DNA of 64,000 bases. Origin: Vicugna vicugna (Eukaryota). The stretch is from NCBI GenBank assembly GCA_013265495.1, contig MU060970.1:11237063-11301062 (forward strand). The letters are read 5' to 3'. Each line of letters opens with the position of its first letter. The first letter of the stretch is position 1. Below the pieces are notes generated by a model. The model saw nothing but the letters and a program-made list of their open reading frames with translations, had not been told where the DNA came from and did not search any database. The position numbers and the translations under genes were made by a program. Below, piece after piece: positions 11,795-24,290 of this stretch.

Positions 11795-13578
11795 CATATC
11801 AAAAAAAAAAAATACTTAGGAATAAATCTGACCAAGGAGGTGAAAAACTTATTGTTGAGAACTATAAAACATCGGTAAAGGAAATTGAAGATGATTCAAA
11901 GAAATGGAAGGCTATCCCATGCTTTTGGATTGGAAGGATTCATATTGTTAAAATGGCCATACCACTCAAAGCAATTTACCCAGGACATTTTTCATGGTAG
12001 AACAAATAATCCTAAAACTCATATAAAACCATAAAAAATCCAAAATTTCCAAAGTATTCCTGAGGAAAAAGAACAAAGCTGGAATCATAACCCTTCCAGA
12101 CTTCAGGACAATGCTACAAAACTACAGTAATGAAAACAGTGTGGTATTGGCACAAAAACACACATATGGATCAATGGAACAGAATAGAGAGCTCAGATAT
12201 AAACCCACACATCTATGATCAATTAATCTTTGACAAACAAGTCAAGAATATACACAATGGAGAAAACAGTCTCTTCAGCAAGTGGTACTGGGAAAGCAGC
12301 ATAGCTGCATGTAAATCAATGAAGTTAGAACACTCCCTCACACCATACACAAACTCAAAATGGCTTAAAGGCTTAAATATAAGACATGACACTATAAAAC
12401 TCCTAGAAGAGAAGAGAGGTAAAAATTGCAGACATTTTTTTTTAGGTCAGTCTCCCAAGGCAATAGACATAAACACAAAAATAAACAAATGGGACCTAAT
12501 CAAACTTACAAGCTTTTATGCAACAAAGGAAACCCTGAACAAAATGAAAAGACAACCTACAGACTGGGAGAAAATATTTGTAACACGATGTGACTGACAA
12601 GGGCTTAATTTTCAAAGTATACAAATACCTCCTAAACTCAGTAACAAAAAAACAATGCAATCGAGAAATGGGCAGAAGACCTAAACAGGCATTTCTCCAA
12701 AGAAGACATACAGATGGCCAATAGGCACAGGAAAAAATGCTCAATATCACTAATTATCAGAGACACAAATTAAAACTAAGATGAGGCATCACCTCACACC
12801 AGTCAGAATGGCCATCATTCAAAAGCCTACAAATAACAAAAGNNNNNNNNNNNNNNNNNNNNNNNNNNNNNNNNNNNNNNNNNNNNNNNNNNNNNNNNNN
12901 NNNNNNNNNNNNNNNNNNNNNNNNNNNNNNNNNNNNNNNNNNNNNNNNNNNNNNNNNNNNNNNNNNNNNNNNNNNNNNNNNNTGGACATATATCCAGAGA
13001 AAACTGAAATTCCAAAAGATAAAGGCACNNNNNNNNNNNNNNNNNNNNNNNNNNNNNNNNNNNNNNNNNNNNNNNNNNNNNNNNNNNNNNNNNNNNNNNN
13101 NNNNNNNNNNNNNNNNNNNNNNNNNNNNNNNNNNNNNNNNNNNNNNNNNNNNNNNNNNNNNNNNNNNNNNNNNNNNNNNNNNNNNNNNNNNNNNNNNNNN
13201 NNNNNNNNNATACTAAGTGAAGTAAGGCAGACAAAGACAAATATCACGTATCACTTATAAGCAGAATCTTAAAATAATAACACAAATGAACTTATTTACA
13301 AAACAGAAACAGACTCAGACACAGAAAACAAACTTATGGTTACCAAAAGGGAAAGGGAAGGGGAGGGATAAATTAGGAGTTTGGAATTAGTAGACATGAA
13401 CTACTATATATAAAATAGAAAAACAACAAGGTCCTACTATACAGAGAACTATATTCAATATTCTATAATTCATAATGGAAAATATGAAAAAGAATGTATA
13501 TATGTATAACTGAATCACTTTGCTGTACACCAGAAACTAACACAACAGTGTAAATCAACTGTACTTCAATTTTTTAAA
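11795..13578 (+). mobile_element. 5'-truncated L1 (ORF2 C-terminal remnant and 3' UTR) with about 14-15 bp target-site duplication
   Basis: Translates [12 protein letters not shown] and KTVWYWHKN...DQWNRIE...INKWDLIKL...[23 protein letters not shown](A)TTTTT at 11780..11794 and 13579..13592. Disrupted frame. Confidence 0.95.
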
Positions 13579-14667
13579 AAGTAGTTGTTTTTATGTCACA
13601 TGTGATCAAAAGGATCCTGGGTAATCCAAGGTCATATAGGTAGTAAGTAGAGGCTCCAGAATTAGAATCCACAATCCAGAGTCAGCAGACTCTGGAGTCA
13701 CCTGAACCCTTCTCATGAACTGCCAGCATGAATTTGTTACAACTGTTCACCCCCTGTACTATCCCTTAATGCTTCTTTAAATTTATCTTTAAAAAATTTT
13801 TTCTTTAACTAGTGTTTTCACCTAAGCAATAATATCCATGGGATCATGGTTTTAATGTGTTATTTATAAAAGTTTTTGATAAACATGAAAATAAATATAA
13901 ACGTTTAAAATGATAACATTCCTCCATGTACCCTCTGGAGTTCATCCTGTACCACCAGAGTACACTCACCACACCTTGGGAAATGCTGACCAGCACAGAT
14001 GAGAGAACCACGTTTGGGACTTTGGGCTTAAGTACATCATGGGGATCAGCTTCTCCCTGCCCACTTTGCTGGCTCAACAATCACCCCCCTGACCCCACAC
14101 CACTGAAATTGGTGAGAACAGACTGGACATCCATTTTCAGCAAAGGCAGAGGAAGGCTGGACTCACTGCTAGAGCCTTAGGATCCCACAGTTGTGATGTC
14201 CCTTAGAAGCTCTCCAGCACCCTTCCCAGCCCATGGGAAGTTCTCACTGTAGCACCCAGGACATACTGTCCAATTTCAGCTTGGACAACAACAGTGACAG
14301 AAATCTCACTACATTTCCTGGCTGCTCAAACCTTAGGTCTGTAACCAGAGCCACAGAGATCAAGTCTTTCCTTCTTCCTCTGGCTGTCTAAGGTTGCCCT
14401 TTCCAGAGTTCTTTTATGTCTCAAGCCATACTTCCTATCAAATATTTATACCTTTTAAAGAAAAATTTTAACTGATTGCATTAGCTAATACTTCCAGAGT
14501 ATAATGTTACATAATAATGATGATAATGGGCATTTAAATATTATTTAATGGGAATGCCTTTTATTTTTCCCCATTAAGCATGAGTTGACTTTGTTTACAT
14601 ATCAAATATATGTAAGCTGAAATATTCACATATTCATAAAGTTAGGTCAAGAAGTATCCTTCCAAAC

Positions 14668-14932
14668 TTATGGTTATGGTGGTGGGGAGTGGGTTGGAAG
14701 GGATAAATTGGGAGTTTGAGATTTGCAGATACACACTATTATGTATAACATACATGAACAACAAGTTTCTACTATATTACACAGGGAACTATATTCGCTA
14801 TCTTGTAGTATCTGATAATGAAAAAGACGATGAAAAAGCATATACGTATGTATATGTGAGGCTGAAATATCATGATGTACACCTGAAATTTTACAACACT
14901 GTAAACTGACTATACTTTAATTTTTTAAAAAA
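14668..14932 (+). mobile_element. L1 3' UTR fragment (copy A)
   Basis: gggataaattgggagtttgagatttgcagatac...cagggaactatattc...actgtaaactgactatac, then an A-tail. Confidence 0.85.
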
Positions 14933-15390
14933 AGGAATAAAATAATGCCATGAGCAGCAACATGGATGGACCAGGAGAAAGTCACACTAATAAGCCAGAA
15001 AGAGGAAGAAAAAGATCATATGATATCACTTACATGTGGAATCGAAAAAAGAGTACAAATAAACTTATTTACACAACAGAACCTGAAACAGACTCACAGA
15101 CATAGAAAACAAATTTCTGGTTACCCAGGTTGGGGAAAAAGATGGAAGTGGAGGGACAGACTGGGAGTTCTGGAATTGCAGATACTCACTAGTATATCGA
15201 ACATAGAGAAATAGCGAGGTCCTACAGCATAGCACAGGGAACTATATTCAATGCTTTTTAATAGTGTATAATTTAAGAAATGTCAATAGGAACATATATA
15301 AATATATGTATGTAAGTATGTATAAATGAATCACTATGCTGTACACCAGAAATCAACACAGCATTGTAAACTGCCTATAGTTCAATTAAA
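14933..15390 (+). mobile_element. L1 ORF2 end and 3' UTR (copy B)
   Basis: ataatgccat..gcagcaacatggatggacc...atcacttacatgtggaatc...gcattgtaaactgcctatagttcaattaaa. Confidence 0.88.
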
Positions 15391-16880
15391 ACCATAAACG
15401 AACAGCATGGTATTGGCATAAAAACAGACATATACATCAAAGGAACACAATGGCGAGCCCAGAAAGAAACCCGCACACCGACGGTCAATTAATCTTCAAC
15501 GAGCAAGGCAAGAGTGGACCATGGAGCAGAGACAGGCTCTTCAGCAAGTGCTGCTGGGAAAGCTGGACACGCCGTATAGAAATCAATAAAGTCAGAGCAC
15601 TCCCTCACACCATACTCAAGAAGAAACTCAAACTGGCTTAACGACTTAAACATTAAGACATGACATCATCGAACTCTTGGAGGAAGATAGAGGCAAACAT
15701 TCTCTGACATCAAACCCGGCAATGTTTCCACAGCTCAGTCTCCCAAGGCAATAGATACCAAAGCAACAATGAACAAGTGGGACCTACGCAAACTTACAAG
15801 CTTTTGCTCAGCAAAGGGAACTGTAAACACAAAGACAACCTACGGACTGGCAAAAAACACTTGCAAACGAAGCGACCGACAAGGGCTTTATTTCCAGAAT
15901 ATACAAACAGTTCATACAACTCAATAACAAAAAATACACAACCCATTCAAAAAGTAGGCAGAAGACCTAAAGAGACCTTTCCTCAGTGAAGACATACAAA
16001 TGGCCAATAGGCCCATCAAATGGTCAATATCACTCACTAAAGAAGAAATGCTCGGTGCCACTAACTACTAGAGAAATGCAAATCAAGATGACAACATGCT
16101 ATCACCTCACACCGGTCAGAATGGCCATCAGTTAACAGTCCACAGATGATAATTGCTGGGCAGGGTGGACAGAAAAGGGAACCCTCCTTCACTGTTGCTG
16201 GGAATGTAGTTAGGTGCAGCCATTATGGAAAACAGTATGGACAGTCCTCAAAACACTAAAAATAGACTTACCACATGATCTAACAACCCCACTCCTGGGC
16301 ATATATCCAGAGAAAACNNNNNNNNNNNNNNNNNNNNNNNNNNNNNNNNNNNNNNNNNNNNNNNNNNNNNNNNNNNNNNNNNNNNNNNNNNNNNNNNNNN
16401 NNNNNNNNNNNNNNNNNNNNNNNNNNNNNNNNNNNNNNNNNNNNNNNNNNNNNNNNNNNNNNNNNNNNNNNNNNNNNNNNNNNNNNNNNNNNNNNNNNNN
16501 NNGTGAAATATGCCAGAAAGGGAAAGAAAAATATCATATGATACCACGTATACGTGGAATCTAAAAAAAAAAAAAGACAAACTTATTTGCAAAAAAGAAG
16601 CAGACTCTCAGACATAGAGATGTGGTTACTGGAGGGGAGAAGGGTGGGAAGGGATAAATTGGGAGTTTGTGATTTGCAGATACTAACTCATACATATAGA
16701 ATAGATAAGCAACAAGTTCATGCTGTATAGCACGGAATTATAGTCAATATCTTGTAATAACTTATGGTGAAAAATGTGAAAACGAATATATGTATGTGTA
16801 TGACTGAAGCATTGTGCTGTACACCAGAAACTGACATAACATTGTAAACTGATAAAAATATATATACAAAAATAAATAAA
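15391..16880 (+). mobile_element. 5'-truncated L1 (ORF2 C-terminal remnant and 3' UTR; copy C)
   Basis: TAWYWHKNRH, NKWDLRKLTSF and MQPLWKTVW...LKIDLPHDLTTPLLGIYPEK remnants, with 3' UTR and A-rich tail. Confidence 0.93.
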
Positions 16881-19800
16881 TATATACAATTCTTTTTAAA
16901 AAAATCTTGTTTCACTATTTCTAGAGTCCCAGCATTAAGTACTTCTGGGATTCTGTGATTCAACAATTCTGAGATTTCATTATTCCAAGATCCTCTGGCT
17001 GTAGGAAAGGAGACCAAAGTCCCCTTTCATGCCCCTGTGAGCTACCACTTGGGCTGAAGGAAGAGAGAATGGGTTATCCCAACTTCACGGCCTCTTAGGG
17101 CTGGGACAGGTCATATAAGCATCTCATCATGACCGGCCCTCCGAGGACCCCCCCCGATCCGTTGCACCCTTCCCCCTAACTAACTGAGGGAGCCCCGAAG
17201 CGGGCTTTGGTGTTTGCCTCCCAGAAGGTGTTTGGTGGGCGCTGGCAGCCCTGGAAACTCAATCATCATGGTCTTGGCACGACCTGACCCCTGATGTGCT
17301 GGCCAAGGAGGACCACACATTCACACTCCCCCTTCAATCACCCGTGGTGGCCCGACACCTCCAGGTGGGTGCTGCCCCACCAGGGTGTCACCCAAAGGTT
17401 CCAAGCCTAGAAAAGGTTGGTGGGGGCAAGGGTTCTGAGAAGACCGTGAGGACTCACCTAGGATCTCTGTGTTTGGGTTTCCTGGATGATGGGGTCAGAG
17501 TGCAGGTGGTGGAGGGGGCTCTGTAGGCAACGAACAGACGACCTACATCATTCTCTGCTGATGGGTGGGGTAGTGGAGTTGGGGCTCAGGGCTGTGCCCT
17601 CCAGGCAACTACCAGAGCTGGCCCTGCACAGCTCCCCAGGCACCTCCAGGCAGAGCCTCCCGAAGCCCTGGCTGCAGCTGAGCAGTTCCCCCACCCCCAC
17701 CCCAGCCAGGCACAGAGAAGCCCCGCCTCCCGCCCTCGGTGTGTCTCTCCCGCCCCGCCCCCATCACTGCAGCCTCTTCCTCGCTCCGGGTTGAAAACCG
17801 ACCTAACAAAAGGAGCCACCTTGCTCTGCCATAGTCCACCATGGGACCCTGAGAATGTTTGTACTTCCTCCCTGGGCCTGTCCCCCATCTGTAAAGTCGA
17901 GGGTCCAGAACACTTTCAGGTTCCTTTCAAGTCCACAGATGCTCCGGCTCTGACAGGGTACACCTGTGGGCAAGCCTGACTCCAGCTATCCCGAGACAAA
18001 CGCTTGTCTTGTCAACAACGTTGCCCAAGCGGAAGTGGTTTCTCTACTGAAACCCAGATGTCAGCGTGGGGTTCCTGCTCCCCGAGGTCCTCAACTGGCT
18101 AGAATCTCTGCGCAGAGCCTGGTGTCTTCCTCAGTATTTCTGTGGCTTCCTGGAACGTGTGCACGTGTGTGGCGTGCTGGGGGAGGGGCTGCCTGCTCAG
18201 CTCATCCTTCTGCGCCCCTCCCCCCCAGCTTCCTGGGGCTGTGCTCCCTCCTTTATCTTCTCCTACGCATTCTTTTGTTTTTCTCAATTTCCATCAAAAT
18301 AAACAAAAATCCTGACTCCTGCAAAGCCCTTAATTTGGGGGGTGGACATTTCCAAAGGACTGAGGGGACAGCAACACCAAAACAATTATTAGCCCTGCTG
18401 GCAAACTGCATCCTAAAAAACCTCCAGCCATTCCTCCCAGCTCCTGCTGCCACCCCTGTCTCTCCCCCAACCCCACCCCATCTCCAAAGCCATTTTCTTT
18501 CTGCTTTAAGGGCTACAAAGGGCCCCTTCTCCAGCCTCACCTTTTCTAATCAGCAGTGCAGACCTACTTACTGGGTGAGACAAATTCTCCTACTAAGAAG
18601 GCAAAAGTGCCTCCTTTCAATGACTTGTTGTTATTGTTGTTAGTGGTGATTGCTTTATCAAAGCCTCCTGAGAGTTCTTTAATGAGCTTCCCCTAGTTAC
18701 ATTTAGAACAGGATTTAGATTTTTATACATGAATCCCAAAAGATTTTTTTTCCTGCAGCACTATGCTGAGATAAAGCGCAGTCCTGTGATTAGACCCTCA
18801 GGGAAGCGGGAGATATGTTAACCCCCAACCTGGTGGAAGCCTGTTGCCAGCCTGGAGGTGCCCGGCGTAGGTGAGAAGGTTGAGGGGCCACTGGAGGGAT
18901 GCCCTTCCCCAGAACAGGGAATTGGGACCTGCGCACCCTGGGGCCCCAGCCCTCTTGAAACTGGGTGTGGGGCTGCCCCCAACATCCCCTGTCCCTGGCT
19001 GCCTGGCTCCAGCCACCCCAGCAGAGGATGCCCCAGTGCTCCTGGCTTTGGGAGCCTAGTGCGGGCCCTGCGAGGAAGGATGTCCCCTTGGGGGAGTTGC
19101 CTGGAGGAGCTCTAAGTGCAGGGAGGGCTCCAGGGGGTGGGCTTGTGAGGGGTCCTGGGGAGCTGGAGGGGCTGCAGGCCAGAGGCATCTCCTCCTCTCA
19201 CAGCAAACATCCCTTGCTAGCCTCCAGCTGGTCCAGGGAACTTGGCCAAGTCCCTTCACTCAATTGGCCTCCTAGGGGCAGGGTCCCAATGCTCTGGGGC
19301 TGAACCCCGACCCGGGTTCCCATGCCAGCTCTGGATGCCTTCTTTGCGCAGGTCCCTTTATTCTCAGTGAATCAGTGTCCACGTCTGTAAAGTGGAAGAA
19401 TAAAACAGAGAATGAGATTATTTAGTGAAAGCACCTTGCAAGCTGGCCCGCTGCTAGTGTCAGACCCACGTACAGTAATAGCAGAAAATATCAACCCAGG
19501 TTCCTGGTTCAGAGCTCCGCCCAGTATTCAGTTCTCTGTGGCTCTGACCTTCTGTCCCTCTGCCCATGGCATTCCAGGTGAGAAATCCTTGAACCCTCCC
19601 AGTTCCCACAGTATAAAGATTTCTGGGTCTCCTGCAGACAGAGACTTGGGGGCTCACTGCCCCTTGTCCCAAACTCTGCCCCTCACGTAGACCCGGGTGC
19701 AGAATTTGGCTCCTGCACAAATCATTAGGGGGAATCCAGTCATAATGGGAATTTGGGATTTCTGGAGATTTTGCAGTTGTGTGGGTCCTAGGGAAGAGCT

Positions 19801-20385
19801 AAGCTGTTAGCCCCTGACATGCTACCACTGGGCTGCCCCCCCACCCCCGCCTCTCTCTCAGCTCTCACAGAAGCCCCCAGATATTACTTTCCCTTACAAA
19901 GAGCTGTTCCCAGCCTTTGGCAGTCTTCAGACTAGGGGATCCTTGCCTTGAATCGGCATCCCCCCAAGGGGCAATACCAAGGGTACCTCCCTTCACCCAA
20001 CTGTCCAGAGACAGGTGAACAACTCCCCCAGCTCCCTTTGCCCGGGATGGGCACCCACCCAGCATCCCCACATGGCTGAAAGCCTCTCACCTGTGCCCTC
20101 CTTCTACCCTCTCAGCCTCTACAAGGTGACCTTGCCCACACCCACCCCTACCCCCACCCCTAGCCCCAACCCTGCTTGGTGGACGCAGCCATCTCTGCTC
20201 AGTCTCCCTGGCTGCACATGGAGTTCCTGGTCTTCAGCAGCCCGGAGCAGGACAGCCTGCTGGAGATGTTCCTGTCCCCTTGGCCATCCCCAGACCCACT
20301 TCCTCTGCTGCACAGAACCCTCACCAACACTCTCCACTTGGGAGCCTGTGGGAATAGCTGGCGGAGGAAGGAATGAGGATGGTAA

Positions 20386-20766
20386 TGTGAAGGAAAAGCC
20401 GGGCTGGGCCTACTCGCAAATCTAAGTGTAACAAGTGTCCGTTTGCTGATTCCCTGTTCATGTTTTTTCTTTTTTTTTTTTTTGCTGGCCAGCTGGATTT
20501 TCAAAGACACATATCTGGCCTTGAAATGTTGGTAGGCTGCCTCCCTGCTTCCACTTTTGTGATAATGATGCTGCTAAAGCTGTTCCATGCTTATTGGCCA
20601 AATACCCCAAGGTTGTAACTAACCCTATAAAACCTCATGCACATGTCCTGGAGGTGCTCAGAGCTTCGGAGCAGAAGCCCCTCTGAGTCCGTCGGCATAA
20701 TAAATCTGAGTACTCCGACCCTCTGAGTGGTGCTTGTTTCTTGGCTGGCCTGTCATTTCCATAACA
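20386..20766 (+). mobile_element. ERV1-class solo LTR with 4-bp target-site duplication
   Basis: TG...CA termini, GTAA on both sides (20382..20385 and 20767..20770), TATAAAA at 20626..20632, AATAAA at 20699..20704. Confidence 0.88.
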
Positions 20767-20770
20767 GTAA

Positions 20771-21005
20771 TGGCAGCTAACATGTAGCACTTACCATGTG
20801 CACACACGGTCCTAAGGGATTTGCATGTATCACAAATGTGCATGCAATCTGTGCAGAAATAAACCACTGGATCCTCATACGAACCCTGTGAAATATGTAT
20901 TATTATTATCCCCATTTTATAGATGAAGAAACTGAGGCTCAGAGAGGTTAAATAACTTGCCAAAGATCACACAGTGAGTGGAGTCAGCAAAGGAACACAG
21001 GCAGT
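20771..21005 (-). mobile_element. MIR SINE
   Basis: agctaacat..gcacttaccatgtgc...cccattttatagatgaagaaactgaggctcagagaggttaaataacttgcc. Confidence 0.85.
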
Positions 21006-22611
21006 CTAGTCTGTTTTTTACCTGAGGCTCCTGAAGCCATACCCCTAGGTCTCCCTTACCTGGGCCTCTGCTCCTCCCCCCTGTATGGAGAACACATGGA
21101 GCTTCAATGGGACAGAGAGTGGGAAACCACAGGCCTGAGAGGAGACTTGAGATCTGGCAGGAACATACTGCATGACCATTGGCAAATCTTGACTCCTAGC
21201 CTGGACCCTGCCACCATTGATTTGGTTTGGGAATAGTCATTTGCTCTCTCTGGGCCTCAGTTTCCCCATTTGCAGAGGAGATCAGACATTTCTACACATT
21301 CTCCTGCTGCTAATCTTGTATGAGCTGAAGGTGTTAAGAACCCTTTTACTGATTCAGCCAGTCATAGGCTCCTCCAAGGAGATGGTGCCTCCAGCTACAA
21401 GACCCAGTGGGCTCCCTGCCCCCTCCCCTGGCTGCCAGCTGCCTCCTGGTTTCCAGTGCCCAGCCCCCAGGGAGAATCTAGGGAGCCCTGTGGGACCCAG
21501 AAGGCAGGCAGAGAATGTACCATGTCTGTGCATCTCTGTTTATTTACCCTGCAAATGCTGCAATTATTGAGAGCAAATCCTGCCCTGATGGGGCTCTTGG
21601 TCTGGGCAGCAGACAGGCCTTATTCAGTAACCATGGAGATCAATTCACACCAAGTTCTCTGAAGCAGAGGTTGAAGGAACATCCCCTGAGGAAGACCAGC
21701 AGGGCCTCGGCAATCATGGGAAGGATTTTGGTCTTCTCCCTAAAGGCAATAGAAGTCACTGAATGGCTTTTGGCAGCCCCTAGCCCAACTCCCCAATCTC
21801 CCCACAGGTCTTTTTAATATTATTATTCATCATCAGATTTTTTAGGAACAATTATCATCCCTCACTTGCTAAGCAATTTTATAGACACTGCCTCCTTTGC
21901 TCTAAACCAATCTTGTGAATTGTTACATGATCTCATTTTTCAAACAAGGGAGCTGAGGCTGGAAGGGAGGTGGTGGCTGGGCAGGTGCACGCGGCACTGA
22001 GAGCTGGTGTAGAGCCAGAGCTCCTGCCTCCCTGAGCTTGTCCCTGGACTCTAAGCATGGGTGGGGCGCCTTCCTCCCTCCACTTCTCTGGAGAGGACGA
22101 GGCACTGCCAAGCCCTGGAGGTCACCCCTTCCCAGGGAGGCCTGGCAGCAGGAACAGACCCTTGGCCTAGGAGAGGAGGGTTCGGCCTGGGTGCCTCTGC
22201 CTGTCCTTACAAGTTCCTTCCAGCATCGTGCAGCCAGGAGTCCCAGGGGCCTCCGCTGAAGACTTTTGGGAGTCAGGGACTAGAGAGAAAGTTACGAATA
22301 AGAAAAGAATCATGCCTCCTATGAGCAGCCTACAGCCTAGGTAGGCAGAGACACAGCATTCAGCACCTCAGGGAGTGATCAGCCCTTCTGATAGGTAAGA
22401 ACTATGCCCATTTTACAGATGAGACTCTAAGGCTCAGAGAGATAAAATAACTTTCCCAGTTCCACCCAGGTGATAAATGGTGATGCCAGGAATCAAAAGA
22501 ATCCCTGTCCAACTGAGTGAGGGGAGCAGATATTTTCACCAGGAACACAGTACAGTGTGTCCTCAGAGATCTTGGGTGACGGGGTCTCCCATTACCTTGG
22601 TTATGTGATTA

Positions 22612-24290
22612 AATTTTTTTTTTACTGAGATGTAATTTGCATACAAAAAACTTCACCGTCAAATGTGACAAATGTGTGCAACCGTCACCACAATCAAGTT
22701 ACAGAGCATCTCCATCCCTCCACAAAGTTCCCTTGTGCCCACTCCCAAGTCAATCCTACCTCCCACCCCCAGCCCTGGCAACTAGTGATTGTTTTGTGTC
22801 CTCAGTTTTAGCTTTTCCAAAATTTCCCGTGAAAGGACTCACCTGGTGTGTAGTCTTTCCGGCCTGGCTCTTTCACTTAGCAGAATGCTACGCAGATCTG
22901 TGCACACTGACGCGTGCATGTACCTATGAGTAGTTCACACCTTTTTATTGTTGAGTGGTATTCCATTGTTTGGATTCGCCACAGTTTATTTATCCATTCC
23001 CTATTTGGCATGCATTTAGGTTGTTTCCAGTGGAGGGCTCTTTTGAATAAAGCCGCTATAGACATTTGCATACAGGTTGCTTTGTGGACAAATGTTCTCA
23101 TTTCCCTCCCTCGTGTGAACATAGTGCAGTCACTGCTGAGTTGTAGTAAGTGTATGTTTAACTCTATTAAGAATCAGCCCATGTGTTCCTAAGTGGCTGT
23201 ACCACTTTGCATTCCTACCCAAATGTATGAGAGTTCCAGGTACCCAACATCCTCCCAACATTTGACGTGGCCAATCTTTTTCATTTTAGCTGTTCTGATG
23301 GGTATGAAATAGGATCTCTCTGCGGTTTCAATTGGCCTTTCCCTAATGACTAATGACATCTGGCATCTTTTCCTGTGCCTGTTTTTCATTGTATAGCTTC
23401 TTTGGTAGAATGTCCCAGTCTTTTGCCCATTTATCAATTGGGTTGTTTGTTTGAGAACTCTTTATATGTTCTGAATACAAAGCCAGTATCAGATACATGA
23501 TGTGAAAATATCTTCTCCCAGCTTGTGGGGTTTATTTTCTTGTTCTTTTCATTTTCTTACCACTGTCTTTTGAAGAGTAGAGTTTCTGGCTTTGACCAAG
23601 TCCAATTCATCAATCTTTTATGGCTTGTTCTTCTAGTGTCATCTTTGTCTAATCCAAGGTCCCAAAGATTTTTTTTAATCTTTTTCCTCTATAAGTTTTA
23701 TGGTTTTAGCTCTTACCTTTAAATTGATTATCTATTTTGACTGAGTCAATTTTTACACATGATACGAGGGGAAAGTTGAGGTTTATTTTTTCCCATGTGG
23801 CTCTTCCATTTTTTTTTTAAGCATCATTTATTGAAAAGACCATCCTTCCTGATTAAATGACCTTGGCACCTTGTTGAGAACTGACTGCGGCTGTGTGGGT
23901 CTATTTCTGGATTCTCTGCTCTGTTCTATTGCTCCGTATGTCTGTTCTTACACCAGTGCCATACTGTCTGGATTACTGCAGCTTCGCAGGAAGTCTGGGA
24001 ATTAGGTCGTGTGAATCCTCCCACTTCGTTCTTCCCCAGAATTGTTTTGGCTATTCTAGATCCTCTTTATTTCCACAAAAATTTTATAACCAGTTTGTCA
24101 GTTTCTTGGGGAAAAAAAGCCATCTGCTAGAATTTTGAGTGGAATAGCATTAACTTTACAGATCATTTGGGGAAGAATTTGACATCTTAACAATATTGAG
24201 GCTTTTGATTCATAAACACAGTCTACCTTTATTTAGATATGCTTATATTTCTGTCAGTAAGGCTTTCTGGTTTTCCATGTGCAGGCATTT
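22612..24290 (-). mobile_element. Old L1 (L1MB/MC-type) 3' UTR and ORF2 end
   Basis: Continuous antisense L1M similarity: ttgctgagtagtattccattg-like, tttattgaaaagac, ccagtaccatactgtc, ttttgattgggattgc-like segments. Confidence 0.85.

Noticed and set aside
12130-12597. 155-aa ORF as a standalone gene
   Set aside because: It is the C-terminal part of L1 ORF2 in a truncated, frameshifted copy; not an active element
17966-18643. Longest ORF in the track (225 aa)
   Set aside because: GTG start, no recognisable domain, low-complexity Pro/Leu/Ser composition typical of chance ORFs in GC-rich DNA; better explained as regulatory sequence
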